Sequence record: OZ035741.1
Reading direction: 5' to 3' (one strand)
DNA length: 64,000 nt
Origin: Felixounavirus LF82P2
The translations under genes were made by a program, and so were the position numbers. Below are positions 35,623 to 45,243 of this stretch, piece by piece. The first letter of the stretch is position 1, and each line of letters opens with the position of its first letter. The notes beneath the pieces were generated by a model. The model searched no databases. It was not told the origin of the DNA and saw only the letters and a program-made list of their open reading frames with translations.

Positions 35623-37600
35623 AGGTCGTAAATTGAAAGAGGCTGGTCAGTTTGTTGGTCATTGCGCATGTCCACGTTGTGGTTCATCAGATGCTGGTTC
35701 AATCTATCACCATGACGATGATTCTTATTCAATGACTTGCTTTAGTTGTAACAAAGGTTTCCCAGAGTGGGATTTTGATAAAGGACAAATCGTGAGCACT
35801 TATTCTACTGGTTCAGACAATAAAAACCGTACTTTCCGTGGAATGGATTTAGACGATGTGAGAGAAAACCTTGAAGCAATGGACTTAAAGGACAGGAAGA
35901 TTCCTGCAAAAGTTCTTGAGCGTTTGGGTATCAAGGTTGACATTGACAGTGACGGTGAAATTGATGCGCATTTCTATCCAACTTACAAACGTAATGAAGA
36001 TGGTAAGCTAGAGCACGTCGGTTACCGTGTACGTCATCGTTATCCAGAAGACCATCCAAAAGAACACCTACGAGGTAAGCTAAAAGACTTCTCAGGTGGT
36101 GTTGGAGACATTAAAGGTGAACTGGCAATGTTCGGTTCATGGATTGCTCCAGAAGGTGGTAACCGTCTATTCATCTGGGAAGGTGAGATGGAATGTGCGA
36201 CAGCAATCTATATGACTTCTCTTGCGATTAAGGACAAGTCTCGTCGTAAGAATTACTGTCACGTATCTGTTCCATCAGGTGCAAACATCAAGTCTATCAA
36301 AGATAACTATCAGTACATTACATCCTTTGATGAAATTTACTTGTGCTTTGATAACGATGAAGCAGGTGCTAAAGCTACTAAAGAGGCTGCTGGTATCCTA
36401 CCTATTGAGAAGGTTCGTTTATTCCAGTACCCAGAGGGTGTAAAAGACCTTAACGAATGGTGGACAAAGTTCTATAAAGAAAAAGATACAGTTCTGGAAG
36501 GATTTAAGCAGCGTATCTACAATGCACCTCGTTACTGCCCTGCTGGTATCAAGAACTTCGCAGATGGTTTTGAGGCAATGAAGAATCGTGGTCAGATTCC
36601 ATTGATTCCTTTCCCAGAATCATTCGGAGATTTGAACAGACTGACTTATGGTGGTTATGGTTTAGGTGAGATTACAACTCTGGCAGCACCCTCTTCAGTG
36701 GGTAAATCTGCATACACTCGTGAAATGATTTATACTGCTTGGAAAGATACCGATTACAATATTGGTGTAATTCCTGTAGAAGATACCTATGAAGAGTTGA
36801 TGGAGATGCTCTGTGCAATCCACCTGAGCAAGCAGATTTCTGAGATTCCTTATGACGAACGTGATTGGGATGAATTGAAGAAGGCACACGCAGAACTGTC
36901 TAAAGGTCGTCGTATCCACATCGTTGACCATCAAGGGGCAATTGACCAAGATAACTTGCTGGAGTTTGTTGACTATCTTGTTAACAGCTTAGACTGTAAG
37001 ATTATTATTCTTGACCCTATTACGTTGGCTCTGTCACGTTCAGATACGGACGAAGAGGAAGTTTTATCTGAGCTATTGCGTCGTTGCAAACGCTACCAGT
37101 ATGCACAGGTGAACGTCTGTCACGTTCGTAAGAGTGCAGGTGGTCAGAAGGCTAACTCCGAAGGTGGAGATATCTCTGAAGAGGATATTAAAGGTTCTGG
37201 TGCGTATTTCCAGATTTCTATGAACAACATTCTGTTAATGCGTAACAAGGTTGACCCAGACCCTGTTAAGAAAAACTTGACAAAAATCAAGTTAACTAAA
37301 TGCCGTCGTCACGGTAAGTCAACAGGTATTGCTGGTCATACTTGGTACAATCCAGATACAGGACGTCTCATTAAAGCCTCTGGTTGTGGAGTTGACATTG
37401 ATGGTGCAGCAGAAAATATTCGCCAACAGTTTGGTATTGGTGAAGCTGAAGACCATTACGATGACTCTTTGCCACATTATGAGGATGAAGTGTTTGACCG
37501 TGAGACTGGTGAAGTCTATACTGAAGAGCAGCGTCAAAGCTCAACGATTCCACCTGTATTAAGTGAGGATGCAGATGACTGCCCGTTCGAAACTGAGTGA
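35609..37600 (+). CDS. DNA primase-helicase (T7 gp4-like bifunctional)
   Basis: N-terminal zinc finger CACPRCGSSD ... CFSCNKG; central TOPRIM-like acidic region; C-terminal DnaB-type Walker A APSSVGKSA. Confidence 0.8.
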   Translation: MLMSKGRKLKEAGQFVGHCACPRCGSSDAGSIYHHDDDSYSMTCFSCNKGFPEWDFDKGQIVSTYSTGSDNKNRTFRGMDLDDVRENLEAMDLKDRKIPAKVLERLGIKVDIDSDGEIDAHFYPTYKRNEDGKLEHVGYRVRHRYPEDHPKEHLRGKLKDFSGGVGDIKGELAMFGSWIAPEGGNRLFIWEGEMECATAIYMTSLAIKDKSRRKNYCHVSVPSGANIKSIKDNYQYITSFDEIYLCFDNDEAGAKATKEAAGILPIEKVRLFQYPEGVKDLNEWWTKFYKEKDTVLEGFKQRIYNAPRYCPAGIKNFADGFEAMKNRGQIPLIPFPESFGDLNRLTYGGYGLGEITTLAAPSSVGKSAYTREMIYTAWKDTDYNIGVIPVEDTYEELMEMLCAIHLSKQISEIPYDERDWDELKKAHAELSKGRRIHIVDHQGAIDQDNLLEFVDYLVNSLDCKIIILDPITLALSRSDTDEEEVLSELLRRCKRYQYAQVNVCHVRKSAGGQKANSEGGDISEEDIKGSGAYFQISMNNILLMRNKVDPDPVKKNLTKIKLTKCRRHGKSTGIAGHTWYNPDTGRLIKASGCGVDIDGAAENIRQQFGIGEAEDHYDDSLPHYEDEVFDRETGEVYTEEQRQSSTIPPVLSEDADDCPFETE

Positions 37601-37856
37601 TAGCTATAAAAGAGAGGGGTTCACACCCTTATTTGAAGAAAAAAGCTTAAATAAATTTCATGAAGAGTGTTTGACAAAGATTGATAGGTTCTATAGAATG
37701 CTCCACATGAAATGCGATGGAGAAGTTGAAATAGAACAGCAGTTCCATCAAAGTATGATTACAGTCATCATTACACTGCCTCAGCATAATATTGGTTGGC
37801 TGTTTATAATGAAAGAAAATGTGTTTGAATATCAAGTATATCGGAGAATATCATGA
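37563..37856 (+). CDS. hypothetical protein
   Basis: 97 aa ORF overlapping 3' end of primase-helicase in another frame; uncertain. Confidence 0.3.
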   Translation: MRMQMTARSKLSDSYKREGFTPLFEEKSLNKFHEECLTKIDRFYRMLHMKCDGEVEIEQQFHQSMITVIITLPQHNIGWLFIMKENVFEYQVYRRIS

Positions 37857-38002
37857 AACACTCTAAAGCATTTGAAAAAGTTTTTGGGGATTCCTTAAAA
37901 GCCACTGCTGGAAAACCAGCAAAATACTATGAAGAAAAACGTGTAAGAACTGGAAAAACTGCACGTAAAGCAGCTTCTAAAGATAAGCACAACTTCCAGT
38001 AA
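37853..38002 (+). CDS. small lysine-rich protein (49 aa), absent from the >=60 aa ORF track
   Basis: ATG at 37853 preceded by GGAGA (37843-37847), ATGA overlap with upstream ORF; translation MKHSKAFEKVFGDSLKATAGKPAKYYEEKRVRTGKTARKAASKDKHNFQ. Confidence 0.35.
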   Translation: MKHSKAFEKVFGDSLKATAGKPAKYYEEKRVRTGKTARKAASKDKHNFQ

Positions 38003-38009
38003 TTAGTAT

Positions 38010-38047
38010 TTGACAATAGAGTATCAACAAATTAGAATTGATACTCT
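38010..38047 (+). promoter_or_regulatory. sigma70-type promoter TTGACA-17-TAGAAT with overlapping 10-bp inverted repeat
   Basis: TTGACA 38010-38015, TAGAAT 38033-38038; perfect inverted repeat AGAGTATCAA (38018-38027) / TTGATACTCT (38038-47) spans the spacer and -10; 28 nt upstream of the SSB gene. Confidence 0.5.
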
Positions 38048-38074
38048 TCATAAATTGAGATAGAGGTTTAAATA

Positions 38075-38932
38075 ATGTCTAAAGTTGTTAAAATGAAAGC
38101 TCCGGTAGAGAAGTACAACGGTACTGAACGTCAAACTCTGCGTTACCTGCTGAAAGATGTCTGGTTTTATTACCTGAACACTTCACCACGTCCGGGTAAA
38201 GGTAAATCTATTGACAAGAAATTCCCAGGAAAAGATTGTAACTACAGCGTATCAATTCTGGCAGAAGACGGTAACAAACTCTTTAAAGAGTTTACTAAGT
38301 CTAAGAAGAACCCAGAGGGTTGGGATAAAGTTACTACTGAAGCAGTTGATGCAGATGACTTCGAAGAGAAGTTTGGCTGCAAACCACCATTTGAAGCAGA
38401 CACTTACTACATCTTGAAAGTAAGTCGTGCAGCAGCTTATAAAGATGGTGCTGTATGGACAGCTAAACAGTCATTCCCTGTAATGCTGATTGAAGAAGTG
38501 AATGGTAAGCGTGTAGCTGTTAAGCAGCCGATGAAGAAAATCAAAGCTCAAGCATCTGATAAACATGAAGATGACAAGAACTATGATGTAATTCATCCAG
38601 ATATCGCAGTTGGTAACGGTTCTTTTGGTAGTGTGATTCTTTCTACTCACTTCTACACTTTTGAGAACAATGTTCTGACAAAACCTATTCAGGAACAGTT
38701 TATCATCGATACCCTTGTACCTTACACTGGTGGTAACGGTGCTAATGGTGAACCTGAACTGGATGAAGATGAACTGGCTATGCTTGGTCTTGATGGTGTC
38801 GAAGATAACGGTGAAATCACTGAAGAAGACGCAACAGACCATAAATCTTCGAATGATTCTGATGATGGTGATGATGAAGATTTGCCAGACCCAGATGACG
38901 AAGAAGATGAAGACTTCGATACAGAAGACTAA
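38075..38932 (+). CDS. single-stranded DNA-binding protein
   Basis: 285 aa with highly acidic C-terminal tail (DDGDDEDLPDPDDEEDEDFDTED) typical of phage SSBs; strong upstream promoter and downstream terminator. Confidence 0.5.
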   Translation: MSKVVKMKAPVEKYNGTERQTLRYLLKDVWFYYLNTSPRPGKGKSIDKKFPGKDCNYSVSILAEDGNKLFKEFTKSKKNPEGWDKVTTEAVDADDFEEKFGCKPPFEADTYYILKVSRAAAYKDGAVWTAKQSFPVMLIEEVNGKRVAVKQPMKKIKAQASDKHEDDKNYDVIHPDIAVGNGSFGSVILSTHFYTFENNVLTKPIQEQFIIDTLVPYTGGNGANGEPELDEDELAMLGLDGVEDNGEITEEDATDHKSSNDSDDGDDEDLPDPDDEEDEDFDTED

Positions 38933-38949
38933 TCTCTAAAAGTTACTTT

Positions 38950-38978
38950 AAAGCCCTGTACTTAGTATGGGGCTTTTT
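38950..38978 (+). terminator. intrinsic terminator after SSB gene
   Basis: AAAGCCC ... GGGGCTTT stem followed by TTTTT. Confidence 0.45.
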
Positions 38979-38994
38979 CATATGGAGAGCCATA

Positions 38995-40041
38995 ATGGAG
39001 AAGTACACATTAACAAAACTTCCCGATTCAGTTACACATGTTTTTATTGACTCTGACAGCATTGCCTATAAAGGTGCTTGTGTAGTTGAGAAAGCAAAAT
39101 ATAAATACGTCAATAAACTCACAGCAGAAGAATCTGAACCATTTGACAATGCGAAAGATGCTGCAAGATGGTTAGCAGACCAGAGAATCCTTGTGGAAGA
39201 ACTTGGCCTGACATTTGATGAAGATGAATGGGAAAGACAGACTTGGAAAGAAGCTAAGAGTGAAAAAGAAGCTATCATGGCTACTCAACAGGTGCTTCAG
39301 GAATGGCTTAAGATTGTTGGTAAAGAAAGAACTTGGGTAGGCTATTTAACAGAGAAAGGTGTGCATAAACATAAAGACATTAAAGGTCTTGAGCACCAAT
39401 ATCAAGGGAACCGTAAAGATGCTGTCACACCAACACACTTAGTCGCTTGTCGTGAATACCTTCTGTCAAGACCAGAGTTCAAACTCTTAAAGGGAGGATT
39501 CGAAGCCGATTCAATCGTAATTGCTAAAGCTGAAAAGATGGGTAAGAAAGCTGCTCTTATGAGTATTGACAAAGACCTTCGACAAGCTGAAGGAACTTAT
39601 TGTATTGATATGACTTATGAAAAGTCACCACTAATTTTTATCGCTGATAATAATGTTGGTGATATCTGGGATTGTCCTATCAAATCAAAACCAAAAGCTG
39701 CAAAAACAGTTGGTGTAGGTTTTAAATTCTTGTGTTATCAGGCTGTTGCTGGAGATAATGCAGACAACTACTTCGGCCTAAAAGGTGCTGGTAAAGTAGC
39801 TGTGATGAATGCTTTAGATGGTAAAGAGACCTACAAAGAGTGTCTTGACGCTATCTATGAACTCTATGCTAAAAAAGACTCTTATACCTATGTGTCATGG
39901 GATGGACAGACTGTTACAAAGACACCGTTAGAGTTAATGGAACAGCATTTCTTCCTAGCTTATCAAGAGCGAAATAAATCAGATATTTTTTCATTTGAAA
40001 AGTATGGTTGGACTCCAAATGTTGACTCAGCAGATACTTAA
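38995..40041 (+). CDS. 5'-3' exonuclease / flap endonuclease (RNase H-like)
   Basis: FEN-family motifs: acidic VFIDSDSIAYKG, EADSIVIAKAEKMGKKAALMSIDKDLRQ (compare T4 RNase H EADDHIAVL...SSDGDFTQL), HhH-like GDNADNYFGLKGAGK. Confidence 0.65.
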   Translation: MEKYTLTKLPDSVTHVFIDSDSIAYKGACVVEKAKYKYVNKLTAEESEPFDNAKDAARWLADQRILVEELGLTFDEDEWERQTWKEAKSEKEAIMATQQVLQEWLKIVGKERTWVGYLTEKGVHKHKDIKGLEHQYQGNRKDAVTPTHLVACREYLLSRPEFKLLKGGFEADSIVIAKAEKMGKKAALMSIDKDLRQAEGTYCIDMTYEKSPLIFIADNNVGDIWDCPIKSKPKAAKTVGVGFKFLCYQAVAGDNADNYFGLKGAGKVAVMNALDGKETYKECLDAIYELYAKKDSYTYVSWDGQTVTKTPLELMEQHFFLAYQERNKSDIFSFEKYGWTPNVDSADT

Positions 40042-40519
40042 AGAATATCTACACTATGACCCCGAAACAGGGGTCTTTACGTGGATAAAGAAATCAGCTA
40101 ACAGAACAGTTATAGGTTCCATTGCAGGTACACCACATAAGCGAGGTTATATTAGGATAAAAATTAAAAGAAAACCCTATATGGCTCATGATTTAGCAAT
40201 CCTGTACACAGACGGTTTCCTACCTAACAGAGTAGACCATCGCAACGGTATTACTAATGATAATCGGAGATTAAATCTAAGGGTTTGCACACAAGCTGAA
40301 AACTCTTGGAATAGAAGAACACACTCCAACAACACATCTGGAGTTAAGGGTGTATCTTTCTATAAGGCTAACCAAAAATGGAAGGCCAGAGTTATGACAC
40401 ACGGAGTATCTCACTTTCTGGGGTATTTTGACAGTATTGAAGATGCCAAAGATGCAGTCACAAAGAAAAGAGAAGAACTACATAAAGAGTTTTCAAATCA
40501 CGGAGAAGCTTATGAATGA
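39995..40519 (+). CDS. HNH homing endonuclease with AP2-like domain
   Basis: HNH motif VDHRNGITNDNRRLNLRVCTQAEN; YDPETGVFTW shared with the 29880-30443 paralogue; overlaps 3' end of upstream gene. Confidence 0.7.
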   Translation: MKSMVGLQMLTQQILKEYLHYDPETGVFTWIKKSANRTVIGSIAGTPHKRGYIRIKIKRKPYMAHDLAILYTDGFLPNRVDHRNGITNDNRRLNLRVCTQAENSWNRRTHSNNTSGVKGVSFYKANQKWKARVMTHGVSHFLGYFDSIEDAKDAVTKKREELHKEFSNHGEAYE

Positions 40520-41013
40520 AGATTAAAGGATTTGGCAATTGCCCCACCTATGGTCATTGGGTATCTTTATGTGGGGAAGTTGACCCCACTAAACATTTTG
40601 GCTTTGTCTATTTAGTACACTGTAAGAAGACTGGACAATATTATATCGGAAAGAAACAGCTTAATAGTGTGACTAAAAGAAAAGTTGCTGGCAAGACTCG
40701 GAAGAAGGTAGTCACTAAGGAGAGTGATTGGATGACTTATGAGACTTCTTCTGAGTATATCAAAAAAGATATTGAAAGCTTTGGAAAAGAATCTTTTGAC
40801 TTTTATATTATTCAAACCTACTACACGAAAGGTGGTCTAGTTTATGGTGAAGCAAACCTCCAACATAAATTCGATGTAATGACAAAAAGGATTGACTCTA
40901 AGCTCAGACTCTTCTACAATGCCAATATTGCAGCAATTAAGTTTATTACTAAAGAAACTTATGAAGATGCTGAAAAAAGAATCCATAAGGTAATGAAAGC
41001 AAATTGTGCTTGA
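40516..41013 (+). CDS. GIY-YIG family endonuclease
   Basis: N-terminal FGFVYLVHCKKTGQYYIGKKQ matches GIY-x10-YIG architecture. Confidence 0.5.
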   Translation: MKIKGFGNCPTYGHWVSLCGEVDPTKHFGFVYLVHCKKTGQYYIGKKQLNSVTKRKVAGKTRKKVVTKESDWMTYETSSEYIKKDIESFGKESFDFYIIQTYYTKGGLVYGEANLQHKFDVMTKRIDSKLRLFYNANIAAIKFITKETYEDAEKRIHKVMKANCA

Positions 41014-41019
41014 TAACTA

Positions 41020-41283
41020 TTGAGAGAGAATAAAATGTTTAACAAAAGTAAAGCTGTGAGTCATGTAGCAAAGGTTGACAGCAAGATTGAAGAACTTGAG
41101 CGCATTCTTGCAAATGCCAGAGAGTCAATAATTAAAGAAGTTGAAGCTGTTGAATCCCAAATGCAGCACCTAATGCTTAAACGTCAAGAGTTACGTGAGC
41201 ATCTGGAATATATTGAAACACGAGAGCTAAAAGTTAACAGATATTTTAAGGAGTCCGAATGTTTAACTCAAGAGAATCAGTAA
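41020..41283 (+). CDS. hypothetical coiled-coil protein
   Basis: 87 aa ORF. Confidence 0.3.
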   Translation: MRENKMFNKSKAVSHVAKVDSKIEELERILANARESIIKEVEAVESQMQHLMLKRQELREHLEYIETRELKVNRYFKESECLTQENQ

Positions 41284-42014
41284 AAAACTGGAACCTTCGT
41301 TGTGGAAACACTCAAAAGCAACCTTACAGTAATGAGTATTGGGAATCTTTAAAATCTCAATCTCTGTGTATGCTTGAAGAAGCAAAAGAGCTTGTAAAAG
41401 CAATTGAAGAGAAAGACCCCATTGAGACACTGGATGCTCAGGCGGATTTACAATATGTTCTTGACGGTTTGATTTACCTGTCACAACATGACCACAATGG
41501 TGCTATGAAAGCTGTTTGCCATAATAATGACCTGAAGTACACAGATGACTATGAAGAAGCTTTAAAACGTCTTGCAGACATTGAAAAGCGTACTGGTCAA
41601 GAGTGTATTATCAGAATGTCAGTAGTTGATGGTAAAGAGTGGTATGCGATTGTTCGTGCAGCCGATGGGAAGATTATGAAGCAATCAAATCTCCCTAAAG
41701 TACAGCTTGGTGAATACATTGTAGAACTTGAAAGCCAAGAACTTTTTGTGGTAGTATCTGAGACATGCGTTATCTGCAAAGGTATTGTAGGTAGCTTAAA
41801 GGATTTGGGTGTAGATGGTTTTGTAGAAGTTAATCCAATTACCTCTAAAGCAGATAAAGACTTCTGTAAAGAGAATGGACTATGGATTGCAGATATTGTC
41901 TACTATGATGGTGAGCAGTTCCATGTAACCTCATACCCGAAACTGAATTATGATGCTAATAACCTGAAGTGCTGGTTAAAAGGGGTTGGTTATAATGGAT
42001 TCACAGAACATTAA
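41259..42014 (+). CDS. MazG-like nucleoside triphosphate pyrophosphohydrolase domain protein
   Basis: N-terminal all-alpha NTP-PPase-like motif LEEAKELVKAIEEKDPIETLDAQADLQYVLDGL; C-terminal ~130 aa extension of unknown function. Confidence 0.45.
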   Translation: MFNSRESVKNWNLRCGNTQKQPYSNEYWESLKSQSLCMLEEAKELVKAIEEKDPIETLDAQADLQYVLDGLIYLSQHDHNGAMKAVCHNNDLKYTDDYEEALKRLADIEKRTGQECIIRMSVVDGKEWYAIVRAADGKIMKQSNLPKVQLGEYIVELESQELFVVVSETCVICKGIVGSLKDLGVDGFVEVNPITSKADKDFCKENGLWIADIVYYDGEQFHVTSYPKLNYDANNLKCWLKGVGYNGFTEH

Positions 42015-42318
42015 TAAAGAGGGTGTGGCTCAGAAGAGCCACTTCTCAAACTACAACATTTCTATGACGGTGTTTATGAATGACCCGTTACTAGAAAAGT
42101 ATGGTGAGACTCCAGATACACTTCTGGACAATGAACAAGTTTTAAAAGCAGTCCTGTACAAATACGGGATTGACATTGAGAAAGAGTATTCTTTTGAAAT
42201 CTGCCAACACAGGAATACTTTTGGGAAAGTTGTGATGGCCCCGCTCTTTATGGGTGTAGAAAGGACTGACTATGGTTGGTTATATCTAAAAAGAAACTTG
42301 GAGAAATACCGTGTCTAA
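41986..42318 (+). CDS. hypothetical protein
   Basis: 110 aa ORF. Confidence 0.3.
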   Translation: MVIMDSQNINKEGVAQKSHFSNYNISMTVFMNDPLLEKYGETPDTLLDNEQVLKAVLYKYGIDIEKEYSFEICQHRNTFGKVVMAPLFMGVERTDYGWLYLKRNLEKYRV

Positions 42319-42649
42319 AGCAAAAAAGCTATCTTATGATGATATTGTCTCAGGTGCTAAGTTAGGCGTTGACAGCCTCGGACAAGATGTTAAGCACGGG
42401 GACACAGTTATGTACTGTGATGACCGAAGAGGCAGAAGTGCAATCTTGTTTGGAAGAATTGTTTGCAAGATGCGAGGCAATTACGTTGTTGCAGACATGG
42501 ATGTGAACGTTACACAAAAACTTGAAACACTTATGAATGATAATACACCATCATGGTTCTCCCTGAATTGTATGCACACTTCTTCAGTCACAAAAGTAAG
42601 TGATAAGTTTTACGATATGTGGCAGAATGAGCAAATTTTCAAGATTTAA
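42311..42649 (+). CDS. hypothetical protein
   Basis: 112 aa ORF followed by terminator. Confidence 0.35.
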   Translation: MSKAKKLSYDDIVSGAKLGVDSLGQDVKHGDTVMYCDDRRGRSAILFGRIVCKMRGNYVVADMDVNVTQKLETLMNDNTPSWFSLNCMHTSSVTKVSDKFYDMWQNEQIFKI

Positions 42650-42654
42650 ACTAG

Positions 42655-42677
42655 GGAGCCTCTTCGGAGGCTCTTTT
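42655..42677 (+). terminator. intrinsic terminator
   Basis: GGGAGCCTC-TTCG-GAGGCTC(T) stem then TTTT. Confidence 0.6.
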
Positions 42678-42695
42678 CATCTGTAGGATTCGAAA

Positions 42696-44930
42696 ATGAT
42701 TAAGACAATTAAAAAATCAAATGGTACAGTAGTAAGCTTTGACCCAGAAAGACTGAATAAGTGGGCATCATGGGCAGATAAACGTGGAATTATCTGGTCA
42801 GAAGTCACTATGGAAGCTATGAAACGTGTCTATGAGGGTTGCACTACAAAAGAGATGCACCAAGCCATGATTGATGTTTGTGTTGATAAACAAACTCAAG
42901 AGTACTCAGATATGGCTGGGCGGCTACTTCTAGGGATTATCTACAAAGAAGCCTTTGGAGGCTTTACTAAGGTTCCTACGCTGATTACCTTCGTTAAAAA
43001 TATGGAGAGAGCAGGACTTTGGGAGAAGATGGACTATTCACAGGAAGAGCTTGAATACCTGCAAGGTTACATCGTACACTCAAAAGATATCTCTTACGGC
43101 TATGCGGTCTTGAAACAGTTCAGAGACAAGTACGGTATCCGTGATATTAAAACGGGAAGACTGTTTGAGTCACCACAATTTATGTTTATGGGTATGGCTA
43201 TGAAAGCCTTTGAGAAGCAACCAAAGCACCGTAGACTGCAAGATGTTATCAAGCTGTACACTTACCTATCTGACCTGAAGATTAACGCTCCTACACCTTA
43301 TTTAAACGGTTTAAGAGCAACTAAATCAGGCTATGCGTCATGCTGTTTGATTAAGGCAAATGATACTGCTGAGTCACTTGGTATTGCTGCAAAGGTTGCT
43401 TATGATATGACCACAAAGCAAGCTGGTATTGGTATGCTGATGGAGACTCGAACTATTGGTGATGGTATCCGTCAAAATACTATTGAGCACATGGGTAAGC
43501 TACCTTATTACAAGCTTGTACGTTCATCTGTAGAGGCAAACAAACAGAAGAGTCGTGGTGGTTCAGCTAATAACTTCTACACTGCTCTAGACCCGCAGAT
43601 TGAAGATTTACTGCGTTTGAAGCACCCTACAACGGTTCCTTCTAAACGTATTAATGAGATGGACTACTCATTCGGCACAAACGATTATTTCTGGCAGTGT
43701 GTCCAGTATGATACAGATTGGTTGCTATTCTCTTACAAAGATGCACCAAAACTCTATGACATGTTCTACACAGCATCTGCTGATGAGTTTGCTATGGCAG
43801 TTGGTCACGCAGTACATTCAGGTGTTAAACACAGACGGGTAAAGGCTCGTGAAATTGCTAAACTGTTTATTCAGCAGCGTTATGCTACAGGTCGTGTGTA
43901 TCCATTCTTCACTAACAATGCAAACACACATACACCATTCAAAGAACCATTGAAGATGTCAAATCTTTGTATGGAAATTGTATTGCCAGTGTATGGTTTT
44001 GAGAAAGAGACAGACCTTTACAGAGACGATGCTGTGAAAGAGGATGGTGAGGTGGCTCTTTGCTTCCTAGCTAGTTTGGTTGCAGGGAGAATTTCAGAAG
44101 ATGAATACGCTGACGTTGCTTATTATGCTCTTGCAATGGTTGACTCCGTTATTGACCTTATGGATTATCCGTATCCGTCGATGCGTAACCATGTTCAGAA
44201 GCGTCGTTCTGTTGGGATTGGCCTTACAAATGTGGCTCATTACCTTGCGAAGAACTACGTGAACTACTCTTCACGAGCAGGTAAAACGAAGCTTCATGAA
44301 CTTGCAGAGATGCACTCTTACTATCTACATGAAGCCTCTCTGAGACTTGCTAAAGAGCGTGGAGTTCCAGAGTACATGAAGTTCACTAAGTATCCTGAAG
44401 GCTGGGTTCCTCCAAAGACAGCCAACAAGAAGATTGATGAGAAGCATGATGCAAAACTAAGATATGATTGGGATGACTTAGCACAACGTATCAAAGAAAA
44501 TGGTGGAATCCGAAACTCTGTATTAGAAGCTTACATGCCTAATGAGAGTTCTTCACTAGCAACTAATACGACAAACGGCTTGTACCCAATTCGTGACTTT
44601 ATTTTAACTAAAAAGTCTGCAACTGGTAACGTACTGTTTATTGTTCCAGATTATGAAGAGTTGAAGTATGTATATGAAATTGCTTGGGGTATTGACACCT
44701 TTGACCTGATTGATTGTTATGCAATTGTTCAAAAGTTCACTGGTCAAGCTATCTCTTCAGACTTCTATGTTGACTATGCAAAGTCTAAGAAGGTATCATT
44801 GGCTCAAGCTTTGAAGTACATGATTTATGCCAACTCTGTAGGTATGAAAACCATGTACTACCTTAACAGTCGCATTGGTGTAGGTAAATCTGCACTGCAA
44901 GATGCTTATTGCGAGGGATGTGGTGTTTAG
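42696..44930 (+). CDS. nrdA: ribonucleoside-diphosphate reductase large subunit (class I)
   Basis: N-terminal ATP-cone (IKKSNGTVVSFDPERLNKW), 744 aa, C-terminal Cys pair (CEGCGV); followed by nrdB. Confidence 0.9.
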   Translation: MIKTIKKSNGTVVSFDPERLNKWASWADKRGIIWSEVTMEAMKRVYEGCTTKEMHQAMIDVCVDKQTQEYSDMAGRLLLGIIYKEAFGGFTKVPTLITFVKNMERAGLWEKMDYSQEELEYLQGYIVHSKDISYGYAVLKQFRDKYGIRDIKTGRLFESPQFMFMGMAMKAFEKQPKHRRLQDVIKLYTYLSDLKINAPTPYLNGLRATKSGYASCCLIKANDTAESLGIAAKVAYDMTTKQAGIGMLMETRTIGDGIRQNTIEHMGKLPYYKLVRSSVEANKQKSRGGSANNFYTALDPQIEDLLRLKHPTTVPSKRINEMDYSFGTNDYFWQCVQYDTDWLLFSYKDAPKLYDMFYTASADEFAMAVGHAVHSGVKHRRVKAREIAKLFIQQRYATGRVYPFFTNNANTHTPFKEPLKMSNLCMEIVLPVYGFEKETDLYRDDAVKEDGEVALCFLASLVAGRISEDEYADVAYYALAMVDSVIDLMDYPYPSMRNHVQKRRSVGIGLTNVAHYLAKNYVNYSSRAGKTKLHELAEMHSYYLHEASLRLAKERGVPEYMKFTKYPEGWVPPKTANKKIDEKHDAKLRYDWDDLAQRIKENGGIRNSVLEAYMPNESSSLATNTTNGLYPIRDFILTKKSATGNVLFIVPDYEELKYVYEIAWGIDTFDLIDCYAIVQKFTGQAISSDFYVDYAKSKKVSLAQALKYMIYANSVGMKTMYYLNSRIGVGKSALQDAYCEGCGV

Positions 44931-44985
44931 TTTTAACAACTATGAGGGTCGTAAAAGACCCTCTAAAAATAACTTTGGAGAGACC

Positions 44986-45243
44986 ATGAAAGATTTAATA
45001 GAAAAACATGAGCGACCAATATACTTGCTCTACAAACCCCGCAAAGCATTGTACTATGTGAGCAGCACAGGTATCATGATAAAGCAGAATAATGACTTAT
45101 GGGTCACTGGAGCCTCTTACATCTCTACAGCAGATGGTAAAATCTATGCAAGACCTTATGAGATGTTTAACAAAGAAAATTGGGAAGTTTTAGACAGAAA
45201 ACAAGCCTTAGAAATGATAAAGAAAGGAGAAATCACGCTATGA
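44986..45243 (+). CDS. hypothetical small protein between nrdA and nrdB
   Basis: ATG at 44986 preceded by GGAGAG; track ORF 44902-45243 begins earlier inside the nrdA tail and a hairpin (44944-44963); uncertain. Confidence 0.3.
   Translation: MKDLIEKHERPIYLLYKPRKALYYVSSTGIMIKQNNDLWVTGASYISTADGKIYARPYEMFNKENWEVLDRKQALEMIKKGEITL

Noticed and set aside
45180-45239. Upstream extension of nrdB (track start 45180)
   Set aside because: The ATG at 45240 has a strong RBS (AAAGGAGAA) and gives the expected N-terminus; the extension would overlap the upstream small ORF.
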